Source of the DNA: Paraspadella gotoi
Taxonomy: Eukaryota; Animalia; Chaetognatha
Direction: 5' to 3'
NCBI GenBank assembly: GCA_051294375.1
Contig: CM119270.1
Coordinates: forward strand, 4,146,301 to 4,210,300
Length of the DNA: 64,000 bases
Shown here: positions 57,815 to 64,000 of the stretch, one piece after another
Position numbering within the stretch: the first letter of the stretch is position 1
Layout of the letters: the number at the start of each line of letters is the position of its first letter
The notes under the pieces: model-generated
Told to the model about the DNA's origin: nothing
Seen by the model: the letters and a program-made list of their open reading frames with translations, nothing else
Databases searched by the model: none
Translations under genes and position numbers: made by a program

Positions 57815-57874
57815 ATATTGCGTCTTCCATTCGCTATTGCGTTTCTCGTCTTCGTTCGCGTTTCTCTTCTCAGC

Positions 57875-57913
<39 letters not shown>

Positions 57914-58761
57914 CTCCTCCTCTCTCTCTCTCCTCTCTCTCTCATGCCATGGTGCTATTTTTCATGGTTTCGTTTTTCCATCCCTTTTTTTTTTGGTTAT
58001 TTTAAACGAGAGACATTTGTCTTTGTCTACTCCACGAACTTCAACGTTTGATACCATCAAAATAAAGACGATCGCTTACGAACTTGTGTGGCGTCTCCTT
58101 TTTCCTTCCGCCTAAATTTCAAGAATATTCTCCAACTCATAACAAACGCGTGACGGTTGAAAAAGATTCACCATTCACATTATCCAATAATTCACGGAGA
58201 AACCAAGTCATGCTTTTCCTCATCCCCTGAGTTTCATTTCCGTTGAACCGTGACAAAGATTTCCAGCTTTGAATCTCGAGTTCACTACTGGAAATCTCGA
58301 GTACTGTCAGCTCTGTGAGCAAGAAGCCCATGAGCCCATGGCCGGCCGAGCGTGGCACGCGGTTCGCTCATAATCGGATGCCACAGTTTTTCATCGTAAC
58401 GCCTCCAAAATATTTTTTTTTCAAGGGCACCGCCACGAAAGCCCTCACTCGACACAGATAACGTTTTATTTTTGTTGGTTTAATTAAACGGTTATATGGT
58501 GTTTTCGCATTGAAATAAACATCTTACAGTTGTATAGAACGAGAAAAAGCGGTAAAGTTGTTAGGTGGTTGTTTTTGTGGAACAAACGCAATTTATTACA
58601 AAATTGTCATAAAATTGTTAACGCGTTGCATATGTTTACAATGCTAATTTTATTCTTTATTGTCCCTTACTTTTTCAAACAGAGATTTCTTCCACCGACT
58701 CGATTGCATAATCTACAAACAAACAACCGATAAATCCAAAGCAACGAACCATTTCTCCAAC

Positions 58762-59454
58762 ATGGCGCCGGCCAAGACCGACGACAAGAAAAAGCCCGCG
58801 GCAGGCGCCGCACCCGCCGCCACAGCGGGCGAAGGCGGCGACGGCGCCGACCCAGCCGCCGACGGCGCCCAGCCCGGCGACGATCTCGCCGACCTGACGG
58901 CGCACATGAACCGCGTTACGGACGAGTCGCTGGAATCGACTCGGCGCATGGTGGCGTTGGCGGAAGAGGCCAAGGAAGCCGGCATCAACACTCTCGTCGA
59001 ACTCGACGATCAGGCGGAGAAGTTGGAGCACATCGAGGACGGCATGGACTCCATCCACGAGGACATGCTGGCCGGAGAGAAGGCACTGGAGGCGTTGGAG
59101 GCCTGCTGCGGCATCTGCGTTCTCCCTTGGAACAAGAGGGAAACGAACTTTGACGATTCGGCCTGGGGAGACGAAGGGCCCGTCGTGGGTTCCAGTCAGC
59201 CCTCGAGAGGCGGAGACGGGCTCTTCATCGGCGGGAATTACGTGACGAGAGTCTTGGACGACGAGAGAGAAAAGGAGATGGAGGACAACGTGGAGAACGT
59301 GGCGGCGATGGTGGGCAATCTGCGAAACATGGCCATTGATGCGGGGCAGGAGATCGACAATCAGAACCATCTGATCACGAGGATACAGAGAAAGGCCGAG
59401 GCCAATCAGGAGAGGGTCAAGGACGCCAACGAGAGGGCCAATAGCATGCTGTGA
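58762..59454 (+). CDS. SNAP25: SNAP-25 (Qbc-SNARE), 230 aa, intronless coding region
   Basis: TDESLESTRRM, TLVELDDQAEKL, Cys cluster CCGICVLPW, EREKEMEDN..GNLRNMAID.GQEIDNQN..RI; ATG in AACATGG context; splice acceptor at 58681-58682 in the 5' UTR. Confidence 0.95.
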   Translation: MAPAKTDDKKKPAAGAAPAATAGEGGDGADPAADGAQPGDDLADLTAHMNRVTDESLESTRRMVALAEEAKEAGINTLVELDDQAEKLEHIEDGMDSIHEDMLAGEKALEALEACCGICVLPWNKRETNFDDSAWGDEGPVVGSSQPSRGGDGLFIGGNYVTRVLDDEREKEMEDNVENVAAMVGNLRNMAIDAGQEIDNQNHLITRIQRKAEANQERVKDANERANSML

Positions 59455-61046
59455 ATGGAAGAGAGGGTCAGGTAGAGGGAGTGGGTGATGTAGAAAGAAA
59501 GAACGAAAGAAAAGAAAATTTAAGAAAAAGTCAAGGGGAAGTTAGTTAATCGGGGTTAGTTACTGTAAACTGTTAATCAAATTGTTAAATTGTTAATTAA
59601 ACTTGTCAAACTGTTAATTAAAATGCTAATCAAAATGATAATTTACTGTCATTTTTCGTTAAATGATTATTTCATTACGATTTTTCTGGGTTAAATTACC
59701 AAAAGGTTAGCAAAGGGCTGTATTTCTAAAGTTTACCAAAAGGTTATATCAACCAGTATTTTGGTTGAGAGCGGAATTTTTTTTTATGACAGAAATTTAA
59801 TTTTTTTTTTCTTTCGGTTTTAACTTCCGACATTAATAATTATTACTTTTTATTACTATTATCTTGTTATTAATGCATCGAACGAAAAAAATATTTAACT
59901 ATATGATACTCATTTTTAAGTTGTTTACCTACTAAATATAGATAAAAAGGTGAACGCGCTGCTGAGAGACATTCGAGAATGGTTTTGTTTTTTTCTGTTT
60001 TTGTTTTTTTTTTTAGTTGCATCAGTTTCAGGTGCTCATTTGTTTTTTTGGTTTATCGCGGCATCGGTAAAACCTATCTAGCGAGTTACACATTTTTACA
60101 CGGAATTGCAACTGTTGATATTCTTTATTACTCTGTAATCGGCCTTGAACTACTTTTTTCCCTTTTTTTTTTTTTGTAACGCGACTTTTCGATGCCTCTT
60201 GTAGATTTATCTCAGTATCGATGGAAAGTTCTTTCTTGCTCATACGGCATTCATTTAAGCATCGATGCCTCAAAAGTGTAAAATCGGGGTTGAGGCTGTG
60301 AACAAGTAAACATTGGTCAAAGGTTATATTTAGTAATAATTTTCTTATTTTGTTGGCGTTAATTTTGAGAAACTCGGATGGTAGAAAACAAGGTGCGATT
60401 AAAATATTGCATGGTCGCCTTAGCGATTTTGATTATTTAATGTAGTAGTGTAATGATACTTAAACATTCGAGCTCAGCCCAACTCGCGTTCCGATTGCCT
60501 TTTACTCATGTAGTCATAATCTCTGTGATAACGCTTTTTTTTAGTCTTTATACAATTTACAATAAACGCCTTACTAGTCTATATTAATTGTATCTAGTTG
60601 CTCGCCGAGAATGCATCTAAGACTAATTATATCGTGCTCGGGTTTAACCAAAGTAACGACTGAAAGTGTAAAAAGCTAAAAAATAAAATAATAATTTTAA
60701 GAAAATGTGTTTTTTTTTAGTTTTTTTTTTGGTTCGCGAATGTAATTTAAATTTATGGTATTTTTAAATTTTTATGTGGGACCCAACTTTAAAAAACTCA
60801 ATACATTATTGCATTTCTATAGTTAAAAAGTTAATAGATATTAGCGTTTAATATTATGACTTGACTCGCCGCCGCTTTTAGTATCACGTACATTTTTATA
60901 CTTGTTTGCATTCACAGCAAAATTTGTGTTTTTTTAATGTTTAATGATGGTTATTAAAGTCGACAGTCAAATATAAGTCTTTTAATATTTTATCGATTTT
61001 ATGGTAAAACTAGATATCAAAAATTGAAAAAGGTAGAAATCGGTGC

Positions 61047-61116
<70 letters not shown>

Positions 61117-61314
61117 AGCGGATTCCTTTCGGTAAGAATAACAAACTGTGAATTCAAAGTAAACAGACAAACGTGAAAAAAAGAAAAGATAATTATATTT
61201 ACTTGGAAATCTGCCCGCCTTTTCAAAAAAAAAAAAAAAAAAATTAAGTGTTCTAATACTTTAAGTTGAACTGGAAAAAAAAGAGAAATACTAATGGGTA
61301 GAAAACCAAAAAAA

Positions 61315-61516
61315 AACAATGTGTTGCGCCGCAGTTACTTTATTATTATTATTTTTCTTAATGTCAAATGAGCAACCAACTATAGGCAAGTTATATGCAT
61401 TTTTAATATAAGTGGGACAGACGACGGACAGACATACCGACGGACGGACCGACCGCAGACCGACCGAAAAGTCACTTATAGAGTTGCTCCGCGAGCACTC
61501 GCGGCGGAACTAAAAA
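61315..61516 (-). mobile_element. Small complete HINE-like element of a second family
   Basis: Minus 5' end TTTTTAGTTCCGCCGCGAGTGCTCGCGGAGCAACTCTATAAG + GTCN microsatellite; matching subterminal GCGGCGCAAC..ATTGTTT at the 3' end. Confidence 0.6.
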
Positions 61517-61602
61517 GAATTATTATAAAAAATTAAAACTGTTCCATTCTGGATCGTCGAACCCAGTTTCTCTCGATCGCTTCCTCAAGGGCGTTTAAAA
61601 TT

Positions 61603-61936
61603 TTCGGCCTTCTTTTCCTAAGGCGTCCCTTTTCAGCATGAATTCCGAATTAAGTGTATTTTTCCAATCTATAGAGTAGTAAAGGGTTAGGATAGTATTT
61701 AAGATAAGAATTGAATTAGGGATTTTCAATAGGAATTTGGATAATGTTTTGGTTAAGGAATAGGGTTGTGGATTAAGGATTCAGGATTAAGATTAGGAAT
61801 TAAAGATAAGGATTAGGAATTAAGAAGGCATTAAGGATTAAAGTGAGTGATTGAATTAAATATTTAAAAAATATTACAGCTATATATAAAGATTATTGAG
61901 GAACAGAAAGGAGCTCTTTAGAAAAATAGTGCCGAA
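61603..61936. mobile_element. Inverted copy of the telomere-repeat-core MITE
   Basis: TTCGGCCTTCTTTTCCTAAGGCGTCCCTTT / AAAGGAGCTCTTTAGAAAAATAGTGCCGAA ends; GGATTA/GGGTTA core. Confidence 0.6.
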
Positions 61937-62084
61937 GTTTCTTTCTTGAACTTTTGACTAAAGTTTGTACTTATTCACTCGCTCCTCTATTCGACCTAAT
62001 TTTCTTTCCTTTTTTTTTTTTTTTTGAGCGAATAACCAACAACTCAACCTGTACTTCGATTTTGAATAATTAAAGATAACTTAA

Positions 62085-62102
62085 CAAGATTGCGCAATCT
62101 TG
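62085..62102. promoter_or_regulatory. Perfect 18-bp palindrome containing the C/EBP consensus ATTGCGCAAT, ~400 bp upstream of the P450 ATG
   Basis: CAAGATTGCGCAATCTTG; function is inferred only. Confidence 0.35.
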
Positions 62103-62501
62103 CGACAGACGACTTGGGTCCTCGCGCTCTTTTTGGGAATAAATTTGGAACTTTATTATCTGAAAATCGTAGTATGAATCGTATGTAGATTAAAATCTAA
62201 CTAATATTGTAAAATGACATAATATAGAATAGAATACCTCGCCTTCGGGAATTACTAACGTTGGGGCTAAAAAAATTAATCTTCACTGCCTTTTCGACAA
62301 ACTTCCGTTTTATTTATCCCAATTTTCAATTTCATTTGTAGCCTGCGCTTGCTCTGATTAATAATCACAATACTGATTGCTAATAATATTATTACTGTTT
62401 CATGATAATACTGTTTTTCTGTAATATAGGCTTTCCCAAGGTCATTGGAAGGACTTGACAACCTTTAGCCTCCTCCTCTTCCTCCTTTTCCTCATTGAAA
62501 G

Positions 62502-64000
62502 ATGTCGTCCCCAACGACAACAGCCCTCCTCGCCGGTCTCGTCCTCCTCCTCCTCTTCTTCTTCCTCCGCCGCCTTCTCCGCCCCTCCCGCCCGGGCGTT
62601 CTCCGCCCCGTGCCTCGCGGGCCGCGTGGTCACTGGCTGCTGGGCCACCTTCGGCTGCCCACCAATGACTGGGGTCCGGCGATGCTGGCCTGGCGCAAAG
62701 AGCACGGCCCGATTTACGAGTTCCGCCTGTTGCCTCATCGACCCTTGTTCTTGGTCATCAACGATCCGGCGATGGCGAAGGTATTGTGGCATTTGGTGTA
62801 TTGCGGCATTTGGTGTATTGCGGCATTTGGTGTATTGTGGGTTTTGGGCATCGTGGTAAACGTAAAATTATATTGTGACATATCCTAAATAAAATTTTTA
62901 TTCCTAAGACTCTTAGTGAGAGCTCCACTCTAATGGACATTCAAACAATTTAGTAAATTTAAAAATACCGTTTCTATCTGATGAAATATTCATGAAAAGT
63001 TGAGAACTACAGAAATCGCCCGACTAGAGAGAGAGAGAGGCTCTATTTTTATCTTATCTGATCTAATCTAAAGACTAATCTTGGAATGTTTCACTTCGAC
63101 ACCCAAAACTTCGCGAAGTCGCGAAGACTCAAAAGAACGGACTCATAGGGACTTCCTCAACGAGGATGCTTGTAGCCCGGAATCGTCGATGGCATAGTCT
63201 TGGTCACCACCTTGAAGGATCTGCAACGAAGTTCAGCTCTCTGCGTCAGCTTTCAGTCTTTAGCGGCTTCGGCAAAGTCAGCGCAGTGGAGATACAAGGT
63301 CTAGAATGGCGGGGTCAAAATTATGGCGGAGGCCGGCATGGATGTGGAGCCGACCTAATTTTGTCTCGGCTCCAGCTTCGGCTCCACATAAACAAAATTT
63401 ATTTCAAAATTCTTTCCAGTTTCTGGCTGAAGCAGACGCTCTTATCAACGCCATGTTGAAAAAGAGGGCGTGGCCTTCGATCCCGAGAACTTTTGCGTAT
63501 CGCCGTCTCCAAACGTCCATCAGCAACATCGTCTTCAGCGTCCGAGCCGACGTCGGACGTCCCTCCGTCGTCCACGACCGACTCCGGACCTACGTGGAAG
63601 GTTGTTCTACCTTTCGTACATCCTGTCTACAGGTTGGTTATTTATTATTATTATTATTAATTATATTATGTATTATTATTATTATTATTATTATTATTTA
63701 TTTCATTTAAGTAAGTAGATTGAGGGGTGTTTTCAGAATCTCACACGCTGCCACCACGACGATTTTAAGAAGTAGACATTGATTCACACATGAACCAAAG
63801 TGAGATTTATTTCTCGATATAAAGAAGACAGAAACGGCCTGATTGAGACAGATGAAAATCAAAGGTGGTACAATCGGTATTTATACATTGCAATCGGATC
63901 ATCGACATGGGCATCTCTTCCAGATGGCAAACGAAGCCCCTCTTTCCTCATTGGTATGCATTCCGAAGATGACATCAGCCAATCAGACAAGTCATCTTGG
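62502..64000 (+). CDS. Cytochrome P450 (CYP2 clan-like), 5' part; exon 1 62502-62780 is clean, later exons (~63.1-63.3 kb, 63420-63632, beyond) are frameshifted
   Basis: N-terminal TM anchor, basic linker, PRGPRGHWLLGHL hinge, HGPIY, VINDP; downstream GFGK, AFDP and ISNIVF segments lie in shifting frames. Confidence 0.78.

Noticed and set aside
58300-58440. GC-rich hairpin as a snoRNA or miRNA upstream of SNAP-25
   Set aside because: Short imperfect stem and no convincing box motifs.
58675-59370. 231-aa antisense ORF (likewise antisense ORFs over MTA, SLC22 and DnaJ exons)
   Set aside because: Shadow frames of GC3-rich coding sequence.

Overview
AT-rich, microsatellite-laden animal (invertebrate-like) genomic DNA with N gaps; about 25-36.6 kb and 63-64 kb look like unpolished long-read sequence. 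Host genes: an 11-exon tripeptidyl-peptidase I/sedolisin (3401-8264, +), a J-domain protein with a C-terminal TM helix (~9.0-9.9 kb, +), an SLC22-like transporter (14381-18187, -), MTA1/2/3 (19305-23498, +), a tandemly duplicated C2H2 zinc-finger gene (23.9-41.5 kb, +), an intronless SNAP-25 (58762-59454, +) and the 5' part of a CYP2-clan P450 (62502 to window end, +). Mobile DNA: an LTR-less CsRn1/Kabuki-type Gypsy gag-pol fragment inside a Helentron-type (HINE) element, HINE-derived satellites, MITEs, Penelope-type palindromes with minimal hammerhead motifs, and a short RTE-like insertion. Best find: what look like SINEs are tRNA-containing LTRs of miniature LTR retrotransposons. One LTR-PBS(tRNA-Trp)-PPT-LTR element lies at 7171-7680, with solo LTRs (4-bp TSDs) of two, possibly three, families elsewhere. 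Two families share a covarying RNA domain with a twister-like hairpin. Second: the zinc-finger paralogs carry an N-terminal array of PxVxL (HP1-binding) and SUMO-consensus repeats.
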